Virus record (IMG/VR): IMGVR_UViG_2919367315_000003
Coordinates: 1 to 30,133 of that record
Source: a virus
Lineage: Duplodnaviria; Heunggongvirae; Uroviricota; Caudoviricetes
Reading direction: 5' to 3' (one strand)
DNA length: 30,133 bases
Shown: positions 9,511 through 16,959 of the stretch, piece by piece
Numbering within the stretch: the first letter of the stretch is position 1
How the letters are laid out: each line of letters opens with the position of its first letter
Notes under the pieces: generated by a model
Seen by the model: the letters and a program-made list of their open reading frames with translations, nothing else
Database searches by the model: none
What the model was told of the DNA's origin: nothing
Translations under genes and position numbers: made by a program

Positions 9511-10124
9511 TATTTCAGCTCCCAGTTCAAATTGTTGCTCATATTTGCTAGTAGGGGAGCATGTATTTCTTCGGATACGAATCCATTATTACGGATAATT
9601 AATTTTCCATCCAAATTCTTATTAGAAGTGACCTTGATTTGAAAATATATGGCATCTCGAAAAGGAATGGAGCAGATACATTGAAAATTTATGTTCACGC
9701 CTTCTAATTGCATTTGTTTTTTGTATCCAATGTTATACTGTTCAATTTGACTATCAAATCTTCCGTATTCTTCTCTCGTAAGCAAATTAGCATCGCTTGA
9801 AGCATTCTTATATTGAATAATGTCGTTATAGAGAAAAGTCCTCCCCGTTAATGGGTATTCATTTTCTTCTGTCTTATAAGAAATCATAAAACGATAACCG
9901 TTAACATTGAAGATGCCATTAGCTACATCGAAGTAGATCTGAGTTCCTTCTCCGATATACCCAAAAGCAAGCAACTTATCTTTTTCGATAGAGGCAAATT
10001 CATTATGTTTGTTGTTGCGTGTATCGTATTCAAGAAGAGATGTAGAATCCCAGTAGTCCGCAACCCAGATAAAATTTTGAAAGGGAATGGGAGAACGGTT
10101 ATATTGCATGTTGCCTAGAATCAT
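9510..10124 (-). CDS. Hypothetical phage protein (tail cassette; possible assembly factor)
   Basis: 204 aa, SD GGGAGG, translationally coupled to the next gene. Confidence 0.65.
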   Translation of the reverse strand: MILGNMQYNRSPIPFQNFIWVADYWDSTSLLEYDTRNNKHNEFASIEKDKLLAFGYIGEGTQIYFDVANGIFNVNGYRFMISYKTEENEYPLTGRTFLYNDIIQYKNASSDANLLTREEYGRFDSQIEQYNIGYKKQMQLEGVNINFQCICSIPFRDAIYFQIKVTSNKNLDGKLIIRNNGFVSEEIHAPLLANMSNNLNWELK

Positions 10125-10137
10125 ATGTAACCTCCCT

Positions 10138-10173
10138 AAAAATAGAAATAGACAGGGATATTATCCCTGCCTA
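10138..10173 (-). terminator. Intrinsic terminator after the 186-aa gene
   Basis: Minus strand TAGGCAGGGATA-a-TATCCCTGTCTA followed by TTTCTATTTTT. Confidence 0.7.
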
Positions 10174-10199
10174 GATGATTGATATAAATTTACTGTATT

Positions 10200-10760
10200 T
10201 TATACATAGCGATATGAAACACGTATCTTAAAGCTTTGTTTGCCACTTGAAGCATCCAAAGGTACAGCACATTGTAGTGTAACAGTTACATAATTACCTG
10301 CCGCATCTAATGGTGTACCGTTATTGGCTACACCAAGAATCTCTTTTGCTCCCGGCTTAAATGGTGTAGGATAAACTGTCCCATCCCAATTTTTTGTTGT
10401 ACTTCCTGTTGTTCCAATGGGTTTGGACGCGATTTTGCCGATCTTTGAACTATCTTGATCAAGGTCAGTTTCATTCAGGGTGTCTACCTGAGCATGAAAC
10501 CAACTATTTTTTACTACTTCTACTACATTGCCAACTGTATCACCTGTACCACCTGTCATGTCACGGGTGGTTATAGTACAGTCTTCCATTTTTGCTACAT
10601 CGACTTTACCTGTGCCTTTTGTGGCATCATATCTGTTGTTCCAAATATTAAAAGTAAAAGGTGAAGATTTCGTATCCGCATCAATAACACCGAAATCTTG
10701 TGTAATTATTTCAGTTGCATGCGTAGAATTTCTCCATTCAATCACTGGTTGAAGACCCAT
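10200..10760 (-). CDS. Small Ig/pilin-like structural protein (candidate major fibre subunit)
   Basis: ATG 10760 with SD AGGAGTG; Thr/Gly-rich beta pattern, N-terminal QDFG motif, C-terminal VPLDASSGKQSFKIRVSYRYV. Confidence 0.6.
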   Translation of the reverse strand: MGLQPVIEWRNSTHATEIITQDFGVIDADTKSSPFTFNIWNNRYDATKGTGKVDVAKMEDCTITTRDMTGGTGDTVGNVVEVVKNSWFHAQVDTLNETDLDQDSSKIGKIASKPIGTTGSTTKNWDGTVYPTPFKPGAKEILGVANNGTPLDAAGNYVTVTLQCAVPLDASSGKQSFKIRVSYRYV

Positions 10761-10771
10761 ATGTATCACTC

Positions 10772-11923
10772 CTAAGTTCTAACTGTTATTGTTACTGTTA
10801 AATTCTGAATATTAATTCCATTCTTAATTGTGTTAACTCTAAAAACGTCTCCTGCGTTTACGGTCTTTGTTTTGACTTCTAATGTCTTGTCATCGAAATG
10901 CTTTAGTGCTTCAAAATGAATCTTTTTATTTAAGATACTAGTCCAAGTATTTAAATCTCTTGATTTCTCTATATCTAGTTCTGTTTCTGTATCGCCCTCT
11001 ACACCTAAGTAAGCCTTAATTTCTACAATCTCTCCATTGAAAGGGAAGGCTGCTAATCCAAATGGTTCTACAAATACATAAGAATCTTTGCAAAGCACAA
11101 TAACTCGATCTTGTACTTCTAGTGGGATATCATTTACTTTTTCGAATAGAGCTACAGTCATCAGCCCATCTTTATCTTTACTTACAGGCAAAAGGTTATC
11201 GCCTATTTTTTCAACTGGAATCCAACGATTTCCATCATATCTGTGTACAATTCCATCTTTACTTGTTTGAACTGTCCAACCAACTTCAGGATGTGGGTAC
11301 GTCGCAACGAGTTCCTGCATATCTCTAACATAAGGTTTTCGAGCTATCTTTGTTGTTTCTGCTGCCCTATTTGCATTGTTAGCTGCATTATTTGCTAAGT
11401 CTGCTGCTTGATTGGCATTGTCTGCTGCTTTTTCCGCTGTGCTTGTAGCAACTTGAGATTGTCTAATAATTTCTTCAAGTCTACCAATAGCCAATTGAGT
11501 ATCGTTCAATCGTTGATATGCTTCGTCTACAATATCTTGCAGGGTTTTTACAATGTCTGGATTACGTCGCACCATAGCATAGATACGTGATGCAGGTTGC
11601 ATAACTAAGCCTTTGCCCATGTAGCGACATAGTTTAGTTGTACCTTCAAGAGAAGGATGGACTTGAATTGCCCCAGTTTGATATTGGACAAGGAATTCAT
11701 TTTCATTGAGGTAAGGTCGATTTTCAAATGTTTGCTGACTGATTTCAGTCAAACCTGCAATTGATACACCATGAGCAGAAGAGGGGAGTTCGAATAGTGT
11801 AATTAGACCATTCATAACAGGTAGTGAATCGGCACGATTAACGAATGGATCTTCAGGTGTACCCTTGCGAGTAATCATTATAACTGGGTCATTTAATTCT
11901 AGATAAGTATGTAATTCTGGCAA
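10772..11923 (-). CDS. Tail fibre/structural protein with Ala-rich coiled coil
   Basis: 383 aa; AEKAADNANQAADLANNAANNANRAAE heptads; ELVATYPHPEVGWTV motif; TTG start with AGGAGGTG. Confidence 0.7.
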   Translation of the reverse strand: MPELHTYLELNDPVIMITRKGTPEDPFVNRADSLPVMNGLITLFELPSSAHGVSIAGLTEISQQTFENRPYLNENEFLVQYQTGAIQVHPSLEGTTKLCRYMGKGLVMQPASRIYAMVRRNPDIVKTLQDIVDEAYQRLNDTQLAIGRLEEIIRQSQVATSTAEKAADNANQAADLANNAANNANRAAETTKIARKPYVRDMQELVATYPHPEVGWTVQTSKDGIVHRYDGNRWIPVEKIGDNLLPVSKDKDGLMTVALFEKVNDIPLEVQDRVIVLCKDSYVFVEPFGLAAFPFNGEIVEIKAYLGVEGDTETELDIEKSRDLNTWTSILNKKIHFEALKHFDDKTLEVKTKTVNAGDVFRVNTIKNGINIQNLTVTITVRT

Positions 11924-11934
11924 TATTTCACCTC

Positions 11935-12375
11935 CTAACTTGATATATTTATCTTGTCGCCACCTGTTTCTATGTTCGTGTCTGTGTCTAGCATGGTTTT
12001 CACAGATGAACCAATTAGAGCAACAGCTTTACCTTTATAGAAAACCTTAGTGCTACCTCCTGAAACTTCGCCTTCACCAGAACCCGACCTACCGGGTGTG
12101 ACAGAAGTTATTCTACCTCTGGGAGCAGAGGGTGGAGGATTAGCTTTCCAACTTTCAGTAGTTTTATCACCAACAATAGCTAATGAGACACCATTTAAAA
12201 AGATTTGATTAGTACAGGTTACCTTGCCGATCACATCAGCATCTGTATTACCATAGTCATGCCTAGGATCGCGTCCTCCTTCACCATCGCTTTCAGTCCA
12301 GTCATATCTAAATCGTATATAATTACTTTTTGTTGATAATTTTATCTCTGAACCATTCAATGCAACTCCAGACAT
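11935..12375 (-). CDS. PAAR-like spike-tip protein
   Basis: 146 aa; repeated units VALNGS, IFLNGVSLAIVGD, GSTKVFYKGKAVALIGS and terminal IETGGDKINI resembling PAAR repeats; SD GGAGGAGG. Confidence 0.65.
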   Translation of the reverse strand: MSGVALNGSEIKLSTKSNYIRFRYDWTESDGEGGRDPRHDYGNTDADVIGKVTCTNQIFLNGVSLAIVGDKTTESWKANPPPSAPRGRITSVTPGRSGSGEGEVSGGSTKVFYKGKAVALIGSSVKTMLDTDTNIETGGDKINISS

Positions 12376-12387
12376 ATATCCTCCTCC

Positions 12388-13026
12388 TTAAATCCGTTTA
12401 AACTGGTACCTAAATTTAATATCAGCATAACCATCTATCTTAAACACATTTTTCCCAACAGGTAAATCCAAGTAGTTGTCGTTAAAATCTTTGTACCTGT
12501 AGGTAACTGCAAGTGTAGTTTCAATGTCTTGACGCTCATTGTTAACATAAACTGTCTCACCATCCACAAGCCCAGTAAACTTGAACTGTTCATTATTATG
12601 CGATGTATTGGTCATAGTAAAATCACCGCTACCAACTTTAGCGATCCATATTTCAGGCTGACAAGGGAGATCGCCTTTGTTGAGGAACACAAGAACTGGT
12701 TGAAAATGTAGGGTTATATTGGGGTCAAAGAAGGGACGAATACTGTAATCTGTAGTTTGGATGATTACACGAATACTCAATTTCGTATTATAGAGAGGAG
12801 TATCTTCATTTATTTCTGGTATTTCACCACCATTAACGCAGTTACGCCATTCAGACCAATTGTATCCATCGTCTGATTTACGAGACTGAACAACTATCGT
12901 TGATCCTTCAGGCATGATTTGATTCCAACTAATCTTGCTTAAGGCACCGTCTGTAACAACAGGTATAGTGACGGGAGGATATGTATAGATTCCATTTTTA
13001 TTCGTAAGTGAATTCCAAGTAGCCAT
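12388..13026 (-). CDS. Distal tail protein (Dit), C-terminal half, preceded by a beta-sandwich segment
   Basis: FLNKGDLPCQPEIWI...FTGLVDGETVYVN...YLDLPVGKNVFKIDG...IKFRYQ matches the siphophage Dit C-terminal pattern. Confidence 0.7.
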   Translation of the reverse strand: MATWNSLTNKNGIYTYPPVTIPVVTDGALSKISWNQIMPEGSTIVVQSRKSDDGYNWSEWRNCVNGGEIPEINEDTPLYNTKLSIRVIIQTTDYSIRPFFDPNITLHFQPVLVFLNKGDLPCQPEIWIAKVGSGDFTMTNTSHNNEQFKFTGLVDGETVYVNNERQDIETTLAVTYRYKDFNDNYLDLPVGKNVFKIDGYADIKFRYQFKRI

Positions 13027-13028
13027 AG

Positions 13029-13667
13029 CTATTCAATCTTCCCATAAGGTCTAAAGTTAGATGCTACTCCAGCTTCTTTCCACTTCAACCTCTTATAGCT
13101 TACCCAAGAAGCATTTTTATCGTATATTGTTTGACCGTCAGCCAATCCCCACGTAGGTTCAACATCACCTGATTCACCAGCTTGGAGACAAACATAAAAT
13201 CGACCATTATCAATAGTAGGAAGAACGATATCATCCTTTTTATATTGTGTGGTTGCTTGCCAAGTGTTACTACCACGAACATCACCAAATTCTATTTCTA
13301 CTGATACTGGAAAAACAGGTTCAGTTAAGCCTGAGTATCCTGTTTGAATACATTTATAAATATGTCCATTATCTACAGTAGGAACGATTAAATCGCCATT
13401 GGTATATTGTTTGAGTTTTTGCCACGTTGGGGCACTAGTACCAGTTCGAGTATTTACCCATCCGATATAGTCGCCAGATTTAGGTGTTTTCTTGTAAAAT
13501 CGCTTTGCAATTGGATATGCCCCAGATAGGGGAAGGAAATCAACATAATCATCACTATCATCATCAAGCTTTTGAAAGTTGTCAGCTAATTCGTTTAATG
13601 TATTTTCGATATCATCTGTTGCAAAGTTGGGCTTTTTAAGACCAAGTTTTGTTGTCGTTGTTGACAT
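13029..13667 (-). CDS. Tail protein with N-terminal anchor and two CBM5/12-like repeats
   Basis: N-terminal TKLGLKKP...LADNFQKLD; repeats WQKLKQYTNGDLIVPTVDNGHIYKCIQTGYSGLTEP and WQATTQYKKDDIVLPTIDNGRFYVCLQAGESGDVEP. Confidence 0.7.
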   Translation of the reverse strand: MSTTTTKLGLKKPNFATDDIENTLNELADNFQKLDDDSDDYVDFLPLSGAYPIAKRFYKKTPKSGDYIGWVNTRTGTSAPTWQKLKQYTNGDLIVPTVDNGHIYKCIQTGYSGLTEPVFPVSVEIEFGDVRGSNTWQATTQYKKDDIVLPTIDNGRFYVCLQAGESGDVEPTWGLADGQTIYDKNASWVSYKRLKWKEAGVASNFRPYGKIE

Positions 13668-13685
13668 AGAATTCTCCTTTCTTAT

Positions 13686-14306
13686 TTAGTTTGAAATTTC
13701 ATACCACTTCTTCCCACGAAATTCAGTCCACATTGTCTTGTTTGGGTTTAAGGTAAGTTTGCCATTCTCGATGATAACCTTGTGTTTATCTCCATTAGTA
13801 TCGTTCACCTGTACATCAAAAGGTTGATAACGCCATTTATATACTGGTGGATTATAAATAGAAGAATAGGCGTAGGGAGCATCGCAACGGAAAGCGAGCG
13901 TAATATATCCCTGTCTTAAGCAGTTGTGTACGAGATTTATGTCATCAACACAAAGTGCATAATATATTTTCTCAGGATCTTCAGAAAAGAAGAGAGGTTG
14001 ATAATAAGACTGTTCCGTTAGCCATATGGCGACTTCTCTAATTTTTACATCATCCCATTTATCTTCGAAAGCAAAGGAAACATTAAACTTAAGTGGTTCT
14101 TTTTTTGTGCTTTGAAAGTAGGGCTTATCTCTGCCTTTGATGGATACTTCGTTAATAGATCGTGATGCGGCGAAAACTTCTTCTTGCATCCCACTGGACA
14201 TATTAACGTTTACGATTCCATAGAAATCGGATTGGATGCCAGCATATGAAAAGTAGAGGGATTCGCGTATTGTAATCTTGATCACCTCCATATTAAATTT
14301 GGACAT
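13686..14306 (-). CDS. Distal tail protein (Dit/Sipho_tail), N-terminal half
   Basis: YFSYAGIQSDFYGI, IKGRD, IREVAIWL, LFFSEDPEKIYYA, ITLAFRCDAPYAYS. Start possibly ATT at 14276 (see findings). Confidence 0.85.
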   Translation of the reverse strand: MSKFNMEVIKITIRESLYFSYAGIQSDFYGIVNVNMSSGMQEEVFAASRSINEVSIKGRDKPYFQSTKKEPLKFNVSFAFEDKWDDVKIREVAIWLTEQSYYQPLFFSEDPEKIYYALCVDDINLVHNCLRQGYITLAFRCDAPYAYSSIYNPPVYKWRYQPFDVQVNDTNGDKHKVIIENGKLTLNPNKTMWTEFRGKKWYEISN

Positions 14307-14309
14307 AAT

Positions 14310-14336
14310 AAAAAAGCCTTTATTTATAAGGCTTTT
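14310..14336 (-). terminator. Intrinsic terminator after GNAT toxin 1
   Basis: AAAAGCCTT-tatttat-AAGGCTTTT inverted repeat with T-tract on the minus strand. Confidence 0.7.
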
Positions 14337-14351
14337 AATTGGGGAGAAACA

Positions 14352-14966
14352 CTATAAAATTGGGATTTTATTAAAATCTATTTCATTTTGATCTAAATAA
14401 TCATCGATGTGAAGACGTAGGCTGATTGGTTTATGCTGTTGTCCGCTATTTCTTTGTTCTTTGTTTTTTATGAATCCTATATTTTCGTAATAAGACAATC
14501 TATGTTGGAAACAATCTAAAGTTATAAATTTAATACCACAGAACTCATTCCTTATTGAAAAAGCTTTTCCTACAGCATAATTAATAAGAAATTTACCGTA
14601 GCCATATTTATGATAGTCTTTATGTACTGCCAGTCTAGCAATTTTTAGTGAAGGAAAGGTGTCGTATGCAATAGCTCCATTATTTCTTTCACTGTAGTCC
14701 AATCGAATCGCATCAGCGCAGAGGGACATATACGCCCTTAGTTCACCATTTCTTTTTACCAAGAAGGTAGTATTATAACCTTCATCCTGTTCTACTAATG
14801 CTTCATTTTGTAGAAAGTAATTCATGTCTTTAGAGTGACCTTCGAGTCTTTTTCTGGCTCTTGGCTTAGTTCTAGCAAATTCAGATGTATTATTGCAATC
14901 AAAAGTAGCCAAACCATCCATATCTTCTTCGGATAGTTTGGCTATAATAAAGTCATCTGTTGACAT
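14352..14966 (-). CDS. GNAT acetyltransferase, TacT/AtaT-like toxin candidate 1
   Basis: FDC...MNYFL, PSLKIARLAVHKDYHKYGYGKFLI, FITLD, YYENIGF. Confidence 0.85.
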   Translation of the reverse strand: MSTDDFIIAKLSEEDMDGLATFDCNNTSEFARTKPRARKRLEGHSKDMNYFLQNEALVEQDEGYNTTFLVKRNGELRAYMSLCADAIRLDYSERNNGAIAYDTFPSLKIARLAVHKDYHKYGYGKFLINYAVGKAFSIRNEFCGIKFITLDCFQHRLSYYENIGFIKNKEQRNSGQQHKPISLRLHIDDYLDQNEIDFNKIPIL

Positions 14967-14971
14967 ATTAT

Positions 14972-15157
14972 TTATCTACCCTTCTTCTCATAAGCTTTAA
15001 AAAAATCTACGAGAGCTTGTCCATTTCTATTTGATCTTGCAGTAGGTTTTTTCTTCAGTGAATGAATCAGTTTTTTAGCGTCATTTCCTCTAAGAGTGGG
15101 AGTAGCCGCGATTTGAGTAGCCATCAATTTTCCCTTCTTTCTTTTGCTCATTTTCAT
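14972..15157 (-). CDS. Small basic protein, putative antitoxin of GNAT 1
   Basis: 5 nt upstream of the GNAT gene; motif IAATPTLRGNDAKKL; alternative start at 15124. Confidence 0.7.
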   Translation of the reverse strand: MKMSKRKKGKLMATQIAATPTLRGNDAKKLIHSLKKKPTARSNRNGQALVDFFKAYEKKGR

Positions 15158-15268
15158 AACATCTCCTATCTATATTAATAGGAGAAATATATGATAGAAA
15201 TACAACGATTATGATAAAAAAATATTGCCCTAAACTATAATATTGCCGAGGGCTATATTCCTACGTTT

Positions 15269-15277
15269 ATTGTACCA
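15269..15277 (-). promoter_or_regulatory. Extended -10 promoter (TGgTACAAT) for antitoxin 1-GNAT 1
   Basis: Plus strand ATTGTACCA; direct repeat AATATTGCC at 15221 and 15239 lies just downstream in the transcript direction. Confidence 0.45.
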
Positions 15278-15394
15278 TATTTTACTACCGTAAACGAGAG
15301 TATTTTAAGGATCTTTTTTATGCCTGAAAATAGGCGATAATTTGAGGTTTTTTTAAGTTGAAATAAGTGTATGTAATGTTTGATTTATTGGCAG

Positions 15395-15664
15395 CTATGT
15401 TTCACTTAATTTATCTAGAGTTTTTCGGTACTTTTGTTGGCCTTTTTTTAGAGATTTTAATGCAGTGGAATTAGAGAACTTTTTACTGGCATCAATAGGC
15501 TCAATTCTGCTGAATTCATTCCCAACGTATTTGATAGTATAATTGTTACACAAATCAGTGGATTCATTCTTCTTTAACCTGTCTAACATATGTGAATCAA
15601 AATATGGATTTGCTAATTGATGTCTACTTAGAGGCAGCTTATCACATCGAACATTGCTCTTCAT
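15395..15664 (-). CDS. Hypothetical protein
   Basis: ORF track gives 15395..15718; ATG 15664 has SD GAGGT; basic helical C-terminus. Confidence 0.5.
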   Translation of the reverse strand: MKSNVRCDKLPLSRHQLANPYFDSHMLDRLKKNESTDLCNNYTIKYVGNEFSRIEPIDASKKFSNSTALKSLKKGQQKYRKTLDKLSET

Positions 15665-15738
15665 ATATAGTACCTCGTTTCTTTCTGGATCACATACATC
15701 ACCAAGGCAGATTTTCAATCAGTACTTTCTTTGGCTCA

Positions 15739-15767
15739 TTGGCAATTGAGTTTTCGTGTGATAAAAT
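15739..15767 (+). promoter_or_regulatory. SigA-type promoter for the antisense RNA
   Basis: TTGGCA-17 nt-TAAAAT with extended TG (TGaTAAAAT). Confidence 0.6.
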
Positions 15768-15773
15768 ATAGTC

Positions 15774-15915
15774 AAGAAGCATATACTAAAAAAGAGCAGG
15801 ATGCGTTAACATCCTAACTCTTTTACAACAGCCGCCTTGAAGAGCGGTCGGCAGTGTTTTGGTTCAACGAAATAGACCGTTTACCTTTCCACGGGGCGGT
15901 CTATTTCTTTTTGTT
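15774..15915 (+). ncRNA. Putative type I antitoxin antisense RNA (SR4/SR5/RatA-like arrangement)
   Basis: Promoter at 15739-15767; ends in perfect 11-bp hairpin GAAATAGACCG/CGGTCTATTTC (15869-15907) plus T-tract; overlaps the 3' end of the toxin mRNA. Boundaries approximate. Confidence 0.6.
15788..15824 (-). terminator. Terminator of type I toxin mRNA
   Basis: Minus strand AAAAGAGTTAGGATG-ttaacg-CATCCTGCTCTTTTTT. Confidence 0.65.
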
Positions 15916-16020
15916 TTGGTTCAATGCAATAACAATTGTGACGATCAATCCGATCAACGCCACAATCAGCGTACCGAACATCATCATTAATGTCAGAGCA
16001 TCTTTAACCTCCACAGGCAT
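15901..16020 (-). CDS. Type I toxin, small hydrophobic holin-like peptide (BsrE/BsrH-like)
   Basis: Not in the ORF track. Translates as MPVEVKDALTLMMMFGTLIVALIGLIVTIVIALNQNKKK; SD AAAGGAGGTG at 16021-16030 best fits a GTG start at 16014 (37 aa); extended -10 TGGTATAAT at 16079-16087. Confidence 0.85.
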   Translation of the reverse strand: MPVEVKDALTLMMMFGTLIVALIGLIVTIVIALNQNKKK

Positions 16021-16121
16021 CACCTCCTTTACAGGAGACTAGCCGACCGCCCATCTAAGCCATTCTGTTGATAGGGATATTATACCATATTGTTGCAATA
16101 GAGAGAAAGAAACAATGCAAA

Positions 16122-16397
16122 CTATACTTGCTTGTTATTCAAATCAGCGCTTTGCTTATAGTCAGGATGATTCTCATCTAAGCCAACATATTTATCTTTA
16201 ATGCTCTGAATTAATCTGATAATTTCTGAAATTCCCATTAGAGACAGTCCACCAAAGAACATACCACCATACATACTTAGACTAACATCCCAAGTTACTC
16301 CATCTTTTAATGTGCTAAAGATAATCAATAGCACCGAAATGATAGTGCAAATCAATCCAATCCACTTAATTACAATACTTGTCTGATTGTTATTCAT
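16122..16397 (-). CDS. Small two-TM membrane protein (moron)
   Basis: Two hydrophobic helices; ATG 16397 with SD GAGGTG; TGGTATAAT at 16416-16424. Confidence 0.7.
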   Translation of the reverse strand: MNNNQTSIVIKWIGLICTIISVLLIIFSTLKDGVTWDVSLSMYGGMFFGGLSLMGISEIIRLIQSIKDKYVGLDENHPDYKQSADLNNKQV

Positions 16398-16480
16398 TTC
16401 TAATCCACCTCTCAAATTATACCAATAGTTTACCATGTCTTGGGTAATGGGTCTATAGTATTATAAGAGAGGAGAGAGGA

Positions 16481-16921
16481 CTAGATGAACAAAGCAACCT
16501 CCAAAGATGTTGAATATTTGCCTCTTGATACATATGCGTCATAAATAAGTTCTGGATCATCCGTTTTGAAACGATTGAGTTTGAAAGGCTCTATAGATTC
16601 TTGAAACAATTTCTCCAACGCTGCTTGTTTGTCGCGATAATAGTCGTAAGTAAATGTTGCTTTGTCGGTGTAGCCTTGCGAATCAATACGTTCTTTCCGC
16701 ATTAGAGTGAGAAGGGACAGTTCGCTTATATTGGGCGTTTTACGTTCAAGAAACTCGTTGAGTCGTTCGACAGAGTTGAGCATAAAGTTCATTAAGTCGA
16801 TAATGATCGTTGCTTTAGGTGAGATATCGAGGAAATAGCAGAGTTGTTCTAGTGTTAAGTTAGGATGATAAGGAACTCTCCGTGTTTGTACAGCCACAGC
16901 ATTTACGATTGACATATTCAT
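16481..16921 (-). CDS. Hypothetical protein
   Basis: 146 aa, SD AAAGGAG, downstream of the antirepressor. Confidence 0.65.
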   Translation of the reverse strand: MNMSIVNAVAVQTRRVPYHPNLTLEQLCYFLDISPKATIIIDLMNFMLNSVERLNEFLERKTPNISELSLLTLMRKERIDSQGYTDKATFTYDYYRDKQAALEKLFQESIEPFKLNRFKTDDPELIYDAYVSRGKYSTSLEVALFI

Positions 16922-16959
16922 CTTCTCCTTTATATTTGAATTAAGATAGAGTGAGTAGC

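Noticed and set aside
15854-16042. 62-aa plus-strand ORF
   Set aside because: Antisense shadow of the type I toxin gene, which has the SD and the family-like sequence
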